In this document: positions 24,710 to 35,878 of the stretch, piece by piece
Numbering within the stretch: position 1 is the first letter of the stretch
How the letters are laid out: every line of letters begins with the position of its first letter
Assembly: GCA_003427395.1 (NCBI GenBank)
Contig: BFEA01000028.1
Coordinates: forward strand, 918,662 to 981,102
Source of the DNA: Chara braunii
Taxonomy: Eukaryota; Plantae; Charophyceae
Direction: 5' to 3'
DNA: 62,441 bases
Translations under genes and position numbers: made by a program
Notes under the pieces: model-generated
What the model was told of the DNA's origin: nothing
What the model saw: the letters and a program-made list of their open reading frames with translations, nothing else
Database searches by the model: none

Positions 24710-27343
24710 CCCTTGTGATATCCCTCTATCCCGGTGGTGGTAAGAGAACCGTCAGAATTGAGGGCTTATCTGTCTGGCTGCTCCATCTATTGGTGGAGAG
24801 TGGCACCTGCTGGAAACCGGGTCCAACGTCCCATTGATACATCAGGTAGCACAAAAATTGGTGTTTGTTGATTCCTGGGGCTGTGGTTATTATTGACTCA
24901 TCCCGGGGCACCTATATCCCATGGAGCTGTTAGTGTCACCCTACCCTTTTTAAAAGCACCCATTATCCATTACCCCAGCCCTATTTCAGCAGCCCCCCTG
25001 TATTGCTATGTTTAATCATTTAGCCTAGCCTGGTAAGACAACCTACACCACCCCCTGAGACCTCACCCTATCCTTCTGAGTCAACCAAGTACCCTGTTTC
25101 CCTGTTCCCCCAAGCCAATGCAGTACAGGGAGACGTGTGCCATTTGCTGTTGCACGGGTGGACAATGCCTTGATTGTATTGTCCCATGGAGCTGCCGGCA
25201 TTCCCCATCACTTTTATGGAGTGTATTCTATTCCATTGTAAATCTTTAAATCTTAAAACCCCTTAAACCTTGTACCCTTTCAGAACCCCTGCAGAAGCCA
25301 TGCAAAACCCGTGCTTGCCACCATTATTGATCCTTGGAGTCCGCAACAACAGTGCCCTCTCTCAGTGTTGGTGTCTTCGTCGTCGTTGGTGCCTGTCGCT
25401 GTGATTCAGTCCCCTATCCTTCAGTAGTCTGGAGAGCAGAGGCAGGCAGTGAGGCGAGCAGGGGAGGGCAGTGGAGCAACTGCGAAGGGGGAGGGGGAGA
25501 GTGTGTTGGTGCATCGGGTTTGTTGGAGGGAGCGAGGGGAGGGGGGTTGGTTGGGCAGGCGGGTCAGAACTTGGGAGGAGGATGAAGTTGGGTTGGGGGT
25601 ATGGGACTTGGAAGTCGCTAAGGGGTTTCCTCTGCCAATAGGGTTCCGTTCTCCTCAATGGTTTCCATGTAATATCCAGATCGGTGTCAAGTTCCGAAAA
25701 CAGTTTGTTAGGGTCCTGCCAAATCTGCATACAAGAGTCTCGAATGACCTCCTTGATGGGAGGGTCTTTCTCATCAGAGAGTTCATGCTTCATTTTCCAT
25801 GCTTCCTGGGTTTTGGTCCTGATTTACTCTTCGACCACTTTTTGCGCCTGCAGCAGGCCAAATTGGTGGTCCTTTCTTTCAAATGAGCATTTGGCTCTCC
25901 AAGCCAACATAAGGATATGTAACCTTGTATACGAAAAAAGGTTGCTCGCAAACGAGGACCAATGTGCCATTAAATGGCGGCTCTCGCGCAGTAGCAAGAG
26001 GCCTAGGTCCCAAGGGATGTGATATCCAGTGAGGGAGTGAAAGGCCGCATCCCACCATTGCCATAATTGGGTGACCATCGGGCACGCCAGTAAGTAGTGT
26101 TCGAGGGTTGCTTTGGCCAGCGTGTGTAGAGGCATTAATGGAAATCCAAAGCTAGTTTTAACATTCCTTCCTGCATAGTTTGAAGGTTACCTTGAGCATC
26201 TTTAAGGCTATGTATTCTGCTGTTCCTGTGGTTCGCCTTCATTTTCTGGAAGAAGAATTTCGTCATGGCTTCATTGCTTTCCCAATCTCTCATTCCAGCT
26301 TTAATGGCTAGTCCTTGTCTCTTCCAGTCCGCCAATTGTCTAAGTTCCGCCCTGGCTTTTTCCAGGAGCTGTTCGGATAGTGGCGCCCCCGGGTTAGCAA
26401 TGAGGTTAAATTTTATAAGTTGTACCATTGCTTCCAAATTTTCTTGTCTTGCCCTTCTCCTTCTGGCTTCCTTCCTCGAGAAAAGGCTCGCCCCCTCTCC
26501 CAATCGCTGGATTGCAGGTGGCAGATCATTAAGAATTTCCCCCTCCCTAAAATTATTCCTTAATTCTGCCCATTTGCTCTTTAGGCCTTGTCCGAAAGTA
26601 TCTAGATTGAGGAGTGATGTATTAAGTTAAAAAAAACTCCTCCCTGGGGAGGTGTCAAGGGAGAGTGAGAGGTTGATAGAGATTGGATTATGGTTGAAGC
26701 CGTTATAGTACGGTAGCCTTCCAATAAAACTTTCCAAGGTAGCTCCCTCCAAGGTTTTAGATATGAGAAAAAAATTGATTCTTGAGGAGGTTGTTCTTCC
26801 TTGAGACATTTTCCTGATACAGGTGTAGTCTTTTTGGGACGGATTTAGCATTCTGTAGGGATCCTTTAGTTTTTTTTTTTACCATAAGTTCGGACAGGAT
26901 GACGTGGCAGGATCTTCAGAGGAGTCATTGGCCCAGGATATCCTGTCCAAATATGGGCACTGAACTGTGTTCCAATCCCCTACTATGACTGTATGTCTTT
27001 GGGGAGGATAAAAATCGTTGATTTCCTTAAGAAACTCTATTCTGTTATTCATTGAATTGGGGGCATAAATGTTTATAATTGTGATTTCTTCTTCCCTGTA
27101 AGAAAGGTCTAGCCTGGCCCATCTACCACCTAAAGGATCTGTTGCGGTGGATGTGACTACCATGAAATGGGCTGCTTCTGTGTTCTTATGTGCTAAAATG
27201 AGCACTCCAACAGAGGGAGGGCTAGGGCTATGGACTACAACTATAGCCTTGTAGTTTCCCATTCTTCTAAGAATCTCCTCTCTTACGGTTGTGTGGGTCT
27301 GGGAGCTAGTCAGGTGCATTTTTTGGAGACATAGAATATCCGG

Positions 27344-27523
27344 CGTCGAGCGCATCGGCCCCCGCGCGAGCGAGGGCCCTCCCGGCCGCGTCACGCAGGA
27401 AAAACTTAGGCTTTCAACTTTTTAGAGACAATTCGGGGACGACACAGTAACCCGCGTCGACCCTTCGCCGCTCCGGCCGAGTGCGCCAACCGTACATCCC
27501 ACGGCTCCCTACGATGGTATAGG
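27344..27523 (+). repeat. Left terminal inverted repeat (180 bp)
   Basis: Ungapped reverse-complement match to 34097-34276 with scattered substitutions. Confidence 0.93.
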
Positions 27524-29079
27524 GTCCTTCGGGGCTATGAAACACCCGCAGACGCGTGTGCGGGGTCGAGCTCGGATGGCGGCCGTATATACAGCCACGT
27601 CTGTGACCGACCCTCGTCCACGTCGCGGATGCGAATTTACCATATTTTTCCTAAATTAAATAATGGGTAAAAAAAAAATAAAAAAATATGGGGTTGTAAG
27701 GATTTTTAATCCCTACAACCCCATATTTATTATTTCGGAAACATATAAGTTTTTAGAATAATAAAAAATAAAAAACAGAAAAGGTGGAGAAAATAAATTG
27801 AAAAATAAGTTAAAAAAAAAAAATAAAAAAATATGGGGTTGTAAGGATTTTTTGTTGGTAGTTCTTTGTATTATTGGTTTTTACGTTTTTTTTTTTTTTN
27901 NNNNNNNNNNNNNNNNNNNNNNNNNNNNNNNNNNNNNNNNNNNNNNNNNNNNNNNNNNNNNNNNNNNNNNNNNNNNNNNNNNNNNNNNNNNNNNNNNNNN
28001 NNNNNNNNNNNNNNNNNNNNNNNNNNNNNNNNNNNNNNNNNNNNNNNNNNNNNNNNNNNNNNNNNNNNNNNNNNNNNNNNNNNNNNNNNNNNNNNNNNNN
28101 NNNNNNNNNNNNNNNNNNNNNNNNNNNNNNNNNNNNNNNNNNNNNNNNNNNNNNNNNNNNNNNNNNNNNNNNNNNNNNNNNNNNNNNNNNNNNNNNNNNN
28201 NNNNNNNNNNNNNNNNNNNNNNNNNNNNNNNNNNNNNNNNNNNNNNNNNNNNNNNNNNNNNNNNNNNNNNNNNNNNNNNNNNNNNNNNNNNNNNNNNNNN
28301 NNNNNNNNNNNNNNNNNNNNNNNNNNNNNNNNNNNNNNNNNNNNNNNNNNNNNNNNNNNNNNNNNNNNNNNNNNNNNNNNNNNNNNNNNNNNNNNNNNNN
28401 NNNNNNNNNNNNNNNNNNNNNNNNNNNNNNNNNNNNNNNNNNNNNNNNNNNNNNNNNNNNNNNNNNNNNNNNNNNNNNNNNNNNNNNNNNNNNNNNNNNN
28501 NNNNNNNNNNNNNNNNNNNNNNNNNNNNNNNNNNNNNNNNNNNNNNNNNNNNNNNNNNNNNNNNNNNNNNNNNNNNNNNNNNNNNNNNNNNNNNNNNNNN
28601 NNNNNNNNNNNNNNNNNNNNNNNNNNNNNNNNNNNNNNNNNNNNNNNNNNNNNNNNNNNNNNNNNNNNNNNNNNNNNNNNNNNNNNNNNNNNNNNNNNNN
28701 NNNNNNNNNNNNNNNNNNNNNNNNNNNNNNTTTTTTTGGTTTGAGGGGGTGGGGCTGGGGTTGCGCCGCCCCATGGCGCTTCCCAAATCCCAAACCCCCC
28801 TCCCCATTGGCCGCCATGCGGCCGCAAAGTTGCGCGGCCGCGCGGACACGCCCGTGGGGGCGCGGCCTAGGCCGTTGTCGTGGACTTGTCCGCGGATGGC
28901 CACCGCCGAGGGGGATTTGTAGCCGCGGGTACAACTTGCCTTCCCTAAAAAAAACGGCTGCCCGTTTGCAACGGGTGCCTGCTAGCATTCTGGGGACTGT
29001 AAGTCTTAGTACTTCTGATAGCGCCACATGACGCTTTACTTTTGGTTTTAGTTTTAGTTTTTCCAAAAAATAAAATAAT

Positions 29080-29146
29080 AAAAAAAAATTGGATCATTTA
29101 TCGATTTACGTGTGTCATCATTGCATAGGGGCCATACAAATTTCTG
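29080..29146 (-). ncRNA. U6 snRNA 3'-half copy (internal stem-loop through oligo-U tail), diverged
   Basis: Minus strand reads ATGGCCCCTATGCAATGATGACACACGTAAATCGATAAATGATCCAATTTTT. Plant U6 recalled from memory is ATGGCCCCTGCGCAAGGATGACACGCATAAATCGAGAAATGGTCCAAATTTT. Manual count: 44/52 identical, ungapped. Confidence 0.85.
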
Positions 29147-29340
29147 CGCGGCTGATTGCAGCCGCACAATCATCAGGATCGTGCGACCGAAATCAACTGC
29201 GCCCGTTCGCCTGGGCTGCCCCAAAAGGAGCCAGTCTGAAGTCGTGCACATATTTGATCCCCTAATCTGCGGGGTGACCGTCTAGTGTACTTGACTATAT
29301 GGGCTGGCTCCTACTACAACTGTAGTAAGGGCAACCCCAC

Positions 29341-29380
29341 TATATGTATGTCATCCTTGCGCAGGGCCATGCAGACCTTC
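29341..29380 (-). ncRNA. Second U6 snRNA-derived segment (internal stem-loop region)
   Basis: Minus strand GCATGGCCC-TGCGCAAGGATGACA matches U6 GCATGGCCCCTGCGCAAGGATGACA with one deleted base. Confidence 0.8.
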
Positions 29381-31758
29381 GCGCGGCTGTTTTCAACCGC
29401 GCGATCTCAGCGATCTCACGGCCGAAAACGACCGCGCCAAAAGACTGGGCCGCTCCAAAAGGAGCTAGCCTAGTGGCGATGTCATCGGGGCTCGACCCCG
29501 ATATCTGCTGGGTAAGAGTCTTGTGTGATATCGTACTGGGCTTGCTCCTATTCCACACTGGAATAGGAGCAGCTCTTCCTTTTGAAGAGCTTGGCCTAGT
29601 GCGATATCGCATGTGGACTCACGCAGGCCATGCCTGCGTACCCCAGCAGCCACAACCGCTGGTTAGCCACACTACCGCCAATACGGCGACCATCTGGCAG
29701 CACGACACACATCTCGTGGCCACGTACATGGTGCGGCCACCTATTTGGCCTACTAAGGCCCTGAATCGCACGACTGTTATTTTAAGTAGCATAGTCTAGC
29801 TTCAGTTTTTCCACGACCACGTACCCCTGCACCCCTGTCGGGAATCGCAAACGACAGGTCGTACCGCCGACTCCAACTGTTTCAATCGGACGTCAATGAC
29901 GTCATGCGTCAACGACACCAGGTTCTAAAAAGGTTTAAGTCTCTCAGTCATAGGGTTGGTCTGAATAAGTTTGGCAACGTCAATCTCATCATATTCCTGA
30001 AATCCAACGAAAAGGGTCGGACGGCGTCTGACCTTGAAAAACTTGAGCAGAAACCGTCACAGGGGTTTTTGTCCCGACAGCCTTCCCCTCCCCCATTAAG
30101 CGACGTCCCCGTCGCTTACCATAAAGTAATACAAGGAGAAGTCTTCATAAGACTTCACCAAATATATCACATAATCACAATACATCTGGAATTAATCCAG
30201 ATCTTACATACTCACACCTGACGAGCGACGTTTCCGTCGTTCATTTTTCTTTCCCTTCATAATCTCTTGGATACTCTTTTGTAAAATACTCCATGCAAAC
30301 TTCATTATTTCCGATAACGTCAACAAGAAAGGCTTACTTTCAAGCCCTTAACAGATAAAGGCTTACTTTCAAGCCTTTCAATCCTTTCAGACCTTCCTTC
30401 GAAAGTACTTTCATTCACTCACGAGTTGGAATAGGGTCAGAAATAACCTCTGGCAGGCCTTTCCCCAATCTGGAATCCACCGTTGGCTTTACCCAACCTG
30501 AGGAATTACAAGAACGTTTTAGAAGAATGATCCTAGTGTCATCCCACTGGTGGCCACTCATTTCTTCTTTTAGTCTCTCATAGATGGGTCAGGCTTATCC
30601 CCCTGATGAGACTCTCTTCAGGTTCTAAACCCCTGTCAAGGTTTCGTCAGGCTTAACCCCCTGAGGGTCTGTCATCAATACAACACATACTGCCAAGAAT
30701 TTAACCTGGGTCTCTTATGTTCATGGGGATGCATTCCCAACACCTCAGCACATCTATCGCTGCCAGGAGTTTAACCTGGGCCTCCCACAAAACACAAGGA
30801 TACTCACACTATACTACAACATGTGCCGACACCATCCCGAAGAGAAATCACCCTTCCAAAAGTCCTTGTCCAGTCCCTCTAATTCCCACTCCAACTTAAT
30901 CATCATACACGATTTACCTCCTACATGTCTTGTAAATGCGTCGAGGAGTGGTGTAATCTATAAAGGATAATATCTCGACGTCAAGCCCCGCTTTAGACTC
31001 GAGCCTTACCACTTTCTCTTCGATTTCAGTGCCATATAATTGTCAGTTTCTACATGGCCGCGGGGGTAGAGCAGATACAAGGTAGAAATTAGAAGAAGAG
31101 GGGAAGAGATGGAAAGAAGAGGGGGGGAAAAAAAAAAAACGGAGCGTCGCGAATCTAATTGCGACGCAGGGCCAGATGCAGCGGTAGAAGCATCTGGACT
31201 CTGAGTTGACAACAGACTGTTGAACTTCAACAGTCTGCTCTACTTGGCTTTATACAACCATTTAGGGCTGCATATGACCGGGGGTAGCGGCCAGATGCAT
31301 TACCAATGCCTGGAACTTGGTTCCCCTAGGGGAACATCAAGTTTCTCAGCCCTTGATCGCGTTTGAGATCAAGGGCCAGGCCTCACTCTTAGTTTTGGCT
31401 GGGGGCAAAGCAACTGTCCTCAGCCTCCAGCCAGCTATAAAACAACCAACAACCAGCTAGCCAACATTCATTTGTGGCTGGTGCTGCTAGCATTTCACTT
31501 AGGCGAATGCTGGCTGCTGGAGGAGGAACTGTTGGTGGAGTAAGAAGGAGCGGAGTGGAGGTCTGCAAGAGAGAGGGGAGGACTGCTGGAGGTGGTCATA
31601 TTTGTGGAACACAGTCATAGCCGCCATCTCAGCGAGTGGAAGGGAGAGAAGCATTGGAGGTCTGCAGAGAGCGTGGGAGTGAGGACATCCATAGTTGTCG
31701 CTGCACTTGGTGGAACGCAAAGGAGGTGTTGTTCGCTCGGCACGACAACGACGACCCT

Positions 31759-32020
31759 TTTTGGCGGTGACGCGGAAGCGCTGCCGATTTTTTATGGCGA
31801 TGGCACTGAGATTTTGGCGGTGACGCGGAAGCGTTGCCGATTTGTTGCGGCGGCGACACTGAGATTTTGACAGTGACGCGGAAGCGTTGCCGATTTTTTG
31901 CGGTGGCGGCGCTAAAATTTTGGTGGCGATGCGGAGGTGCTGCCAAAATCTTCCGGCGTCGACGGTGTTTTTTCTGGCAGCGACGCGGAAGTGCTGCCGA
32001 ACTCTTGCGGCGGTGACAGT
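31759..32020. repeat. ~53-bp minisatellite, ~5 units, inside the TIR element
   Basis: ttttggcggtgacgcggaagcg.tgccgattt...cactgaga units at ~31759, 31812, 31865 and 31918. Confidence 0.85.
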
Positions 32021-34096
32021 GCGTTCTAGGTGGTGGCACGGGAGCGCTTCCCGTTTTGCCTTGACTGTGTGGGACATTTTGTGGCAGCGTGTTCTGGTAT
32101 TGACAACGACGGCGTGGTGGTGCTCTTGGTGTGACGACGAAGCTGAGACGCCGTCAGATTGTTGGGAGGTGATTGTGTGTTGAGAAGAAGTTGCGGCAAG
32201 CGATCGCTCTAGGAAGTGGTGTGGATCGCTTTGCGGGCGACTCGTCGTGACAATTGTCTCTTCTGGAGTGCGATTTTACATGATCTTCTTGAGTGGGCCG
32301 TCTCTTTAACTTCACTCAAGGTCAATTATTGACTCAGACCCCTTCACGCCTGTGTGAACCCACACTTGCTTGACCCTATTCTTTGAATATCCACCGAAAA
32401 GGTAGAGGAAATGTGTATTTGCGCGTGTGAATGAAAGTCCGACGTGAGTTTGAACATACATTGTTTTCTTTTGAACTTGTTGTTTGATTTGATGTGCAGG
32501 TAGGTAGAAGGGTGCCTGAAAAAAGGGAATCTGACCATGTCAATGACAATGAGAGAATAATGTTTGTTTTCTGTTACTCACCTGTATGTATGTTGAAGGG
32601 ATGAAAAATCACTAGACGACGAGAAGCGAAGCGATCACACAAAGAAGAAAAAACCAATTGGACATATATTTTTTTTCCTGAGGTTACCCGTTCTTTCCTG
32701 AATGACCCTCCCCGTCTATGACCGTCTATCTGAATGACTTTCTCTTTTGTGATCTCTTTTCTTCGTCTAAGTTACCCTTGCCGTCAGGCGACAAGGGACC
32801 ATTTTTTGCCTGTCGTGGTAGACATATTTCCCTTAGGAGGCATCTGAGGTGAGGATTCGTTGCCTTAGGGGTCGGCCCTGCTATCGACTCGGAGTGGACC
32901 GCTTATGCGGGGGGATACCATGCTGTTGTGGTGGAGCCAGCCCGACTTCTGAGATCCGAGGTTCGCTTGGGCAAGGACGAGGGGTGTCCCAGACCACCTC
33001 CTAGGGAAAGGACATACGCCTATTCACAAAAGGGCTTTAAGGTTCTTGACGCCTCGCGCTAAGGGGAGTTGCCATAGCATACCCCTCTAGTGGCCGTTTT
33101 AGGAGTCACTGACATATGGGGAACTGGCGCCAGAAGAAGCCCAGTTCGTGTACTCTCTAGTATTGGAGGGAGTGCGAGTAGGTACTACCTCCGCGGATAG
33201 GTTTGCACCATAAGAAGTGCAAACCTGGGGAAGTTGAGATAGGTTGATAGGAAGTTGCAACTAGAGCAACGCTTTAAAGATTCTTCTGATGAAGATTGAG
33301 ACTTCATCATTCAAGGGACGGAAAGAATCATTGTTGCCCAGGAGGACAAAGCAACCAACAAAATTTGGAAGCAGACCCCGTCCTCGACGGGGTAACCTGT
33401 GCTTCGGTTGTCTAAATCGGTCGCTGACTTGTATAGTGGTAGCCAGATTACTCGCAGATGGCATTCACACCAAAGTTAGAAAGATAGCGAAGTCACCATT
33501 AAAGCAATTGTATCCTAGCTGTACTTGAGAGTTAGGAGATGTCTGCGTTTTCTAGCAGTCAGTATGAGGTGGAACGAAAGAACTTGGCACGCATCTCATC
33601 AAGTCGAAAAATTATGTCAGCCTAGCCATCTGGCAGGCAGAGTAGAGATATTTTGGTCAGACGCTACTTGAGCGTCGCTATGCATGTTAATCATGCTTTT
33701 ATCCTTTTGTTAATAAATGTTATTTGAAGTCACGTCAACTCATGTTGGTTTGTCATTGGATGATAAGCCAAGTCAATTTTTGTCGATTTGATCCGAACGA
33801 GTGGTATGCATGATTGTATCGATTTCATAAGATAAGTCAACTTACATTGACATGGGTCTTCTTTATTTGAAAGTGTTTTGTCTGAGTAACTCCTGATTGT
33901 CTTTGAAAGAAGGGACTAGGATCGCCCAAAGTTTTTTTTTTTTTCCTTACTACAACGAACGAGCAAACGCCCTCGGCCGGCCTACCTCTGCAATTGCATT
34001 ATAAAAGCCTTCGCATGTGGGTCAATAGCTCGACGGGGATACGCCCCTAAGGGTGGTGACGGCCCGTTAGGGAAGGTAAGTTGTGGCCCGCGAGAA

Positions 34097-34276
34097 CCTA
34101 TCCTGCCGTAGGGGACCGCGGGATGTACAACTGACGCACTCGGCCGGAGCGGCGAAGGGTCGACACGGGTTATCGTGTCGTCCCCGAGTTGTCTCTAAAA
34201 AGTTGAAAGCCTAAGTTTCTCCTGCGTGACGCGGCCGGGAGGGCCCTCGCTCGCACGGGGGCCGATGCGCTTGACA
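34097..34276 (-). repeat. Right terminal inverted repeat (180 bp)
   Basis: Ends ...gatgcgcttgaca and is the reverse complement of 27344-27523. Confidence 0.93.
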
Positions 34277-34789
34277 CTGGGGGGTTGGTGTCATTCCATC
34301 CAACCGTTGTCATGAGGCAGTGCCATTTTTCTGGGTTGGACAAAATTATTGTCAGCCCCCTTACATTCCAAGACCGGATGACTAGGTCCCCCCTTGATCC
34401 CTTCATTGATTGGTTACTACGTTTCTGTTCTTAGTTTGGTTATATTGGTTTAAGATATGCAAGAAGAGCTACCCTCTGTCTCGTCCTCCAGTGGGAATAA
34501 TTTCTCCCGCAGTTCCTCCTCCAAAATCATGACCCCTGCTTCTGCTAATGTAGCCAGGCTTGCTGCATTCTGGGTCGTAGCTGCCTCATTCCCCAATGCT
34601 GTGATGTACAAGCTTGCTACCATCCACCAAGGTCTCCGTTGCCAACCCTCGGCCAGTTCTGTTTGTTGACCGAAATAGGCTATAATTGGTCGTGCGTCAT
34701 ATCGAGGATTTTTCTCCGTTTCCCCAATGACTCCTGCCCCCTTCAGTTCCTCTTCTGGTGCCGGCTTACTTGCAATTCCTGTGGATGAG

Positions 34790-35878
34790 TGAAGAAGGTG
34801 GAGGAGGAAAAAGGTGTGAGGTGGTTGGCTATGACGGATGGGTGAAGAAGAAGGAGGAAGGAGACAGTGTGAGGTGGTCGGCTACGGTGGATGGGCGAAG
34901 AAGATGGAGGAGGAAGAGGGTGTGAAGTGGTTGGCTATGGCGGATGTTTGAAGAAGACGGAGGAGGAAGAAGGTGTGAGGTGGTTGGCTATGTTGGATGG
35001 GTGAAGAAGATGGGGGAGGAAGATGGTGTGACGAGGTTGGCTATCGAGGATGGGTGAAGAAGATGGAGGAGGAAGAAGGTGCGAGGTGATTGGCTATGGT
35101 GGATGGGTAAAGAAGATGAAGAAGGAAAATGGCGTGAGGTGGTTGGCTATGGAGGATGGGTGGAGAAGATGGAGGAGGAAGAAGGCGTGAGGTGGTCGGC
35201 TATTGAGGATGGGTGAAGAAGGTGGAGGAAGAAGAAGGTGTGAGGTGGTTGGCTATGGAGGATGGGTGAAGAAGATGGAGGAGGAAGAAGGTGTGAGGTG
35301 TTTGGCTATGGTGGATGGGTGAAGAGGATGAAGGAGGAATAAGGTGTGGGGTGGTTGGCTATGGAGGATGGGTGAAGGAGATGGAGGAGAAAAAAGGTGT
35401 GAGGTGGTTGGCTATGGTGGATGGGTGAAGAAGACGGAGGAGGGAGAGGGTGTGAGGTGGTTGGCTATGGAGGATGGGTGAAGAAGATGGAGGAGGAAAA
35501 AGGTGCGAGGTTTTCGACTATGGAGAATGGGTGAAGAAGATGGAGGAGGAAGAAGGTGTGAGATGAATGACTATGGAGGATGAGTGAAGGAGATGGAGGA
35601 GGAAGAAGGTGTGAGATGGTTGGCTATGGAGGATGGATAAAGGAGATGGAGGAGGAAGAAGGTGTAAGGTGGTCGGCTATGGAGGATGGATGAAGAAGAT
35701 GGAGGAAAAAGAAGGTGTGCGGTGGTTGGCTATGGTGGATGGGTGAAGAAGATGGAGGAGGGAGGTAGCGTGAGGTGGTTGGCTATGGCGGATGGGTGAA
35801 GAAGACGGAGGAGGGAGGCGGTGTGAGGTGGTTGGCTATGGAGGATGGGTAAAGAAGATGGAGGAGGAATAAGATGTG
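34790..35878. repeat. 53-bp purine-rich minisatellite, ~20 copies
   Basis: Unit ggaggaggaagaaggtgtgaggtggttggctatggaggatgggtgaagaagat. Confidence 0.97.

Larger units (their letters stand above)
27344..34276. mobile_element. Long-TIR DNA transposon, Ginger1-like and apparently non-autonomous; contains an N gap at 27900-28730
   Basis: 180-bp TIRs, (T/C)GTC...GACA termini, and 4-bp flanks CCGG / CTGG. Removing the element plus one flank copy restores the LINE EN frame (N-P-P-D-I-L-C-L-Q). Confidence 0.85.
24677..34790 (-). mobile_element. L1/Tx1-clade LINE copy C: end of upstream ORF, ORF2 endonuclease split by a TIR element, RT deleted, Cys-rich C-terminus, 3' UTR and poly(A)
   Basis: ORF2 starts at 34406 (IRSWNVRGL) and resumes below 27344 (PDILCLQ, NIYAPN, VGDWN, SRIN, NHNPI). 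26135..26503 is joined directly to TLEHYLLACP. Poly-T at 24677-24706. Confidence 0.88.

Noticed and set aside
27798-29066. Long X-filled ORFs here and at 7858-8719 and 51214-52298
   Set aside because: They are artefacts of N gaps.
29205-29330. U2-like CCTTTTGG loop and TGTAGTA within the U6-containing module
   Set aside because: The matches are only 7-8 nt and fall in generic hairpins, too short to claim U2 origin.
34790-35878. CRISPR-like regular array
   Set aside because: It is a head-to-tail 53-bp repeat without unique spacers, in a eukaryotic context with no cas genes.
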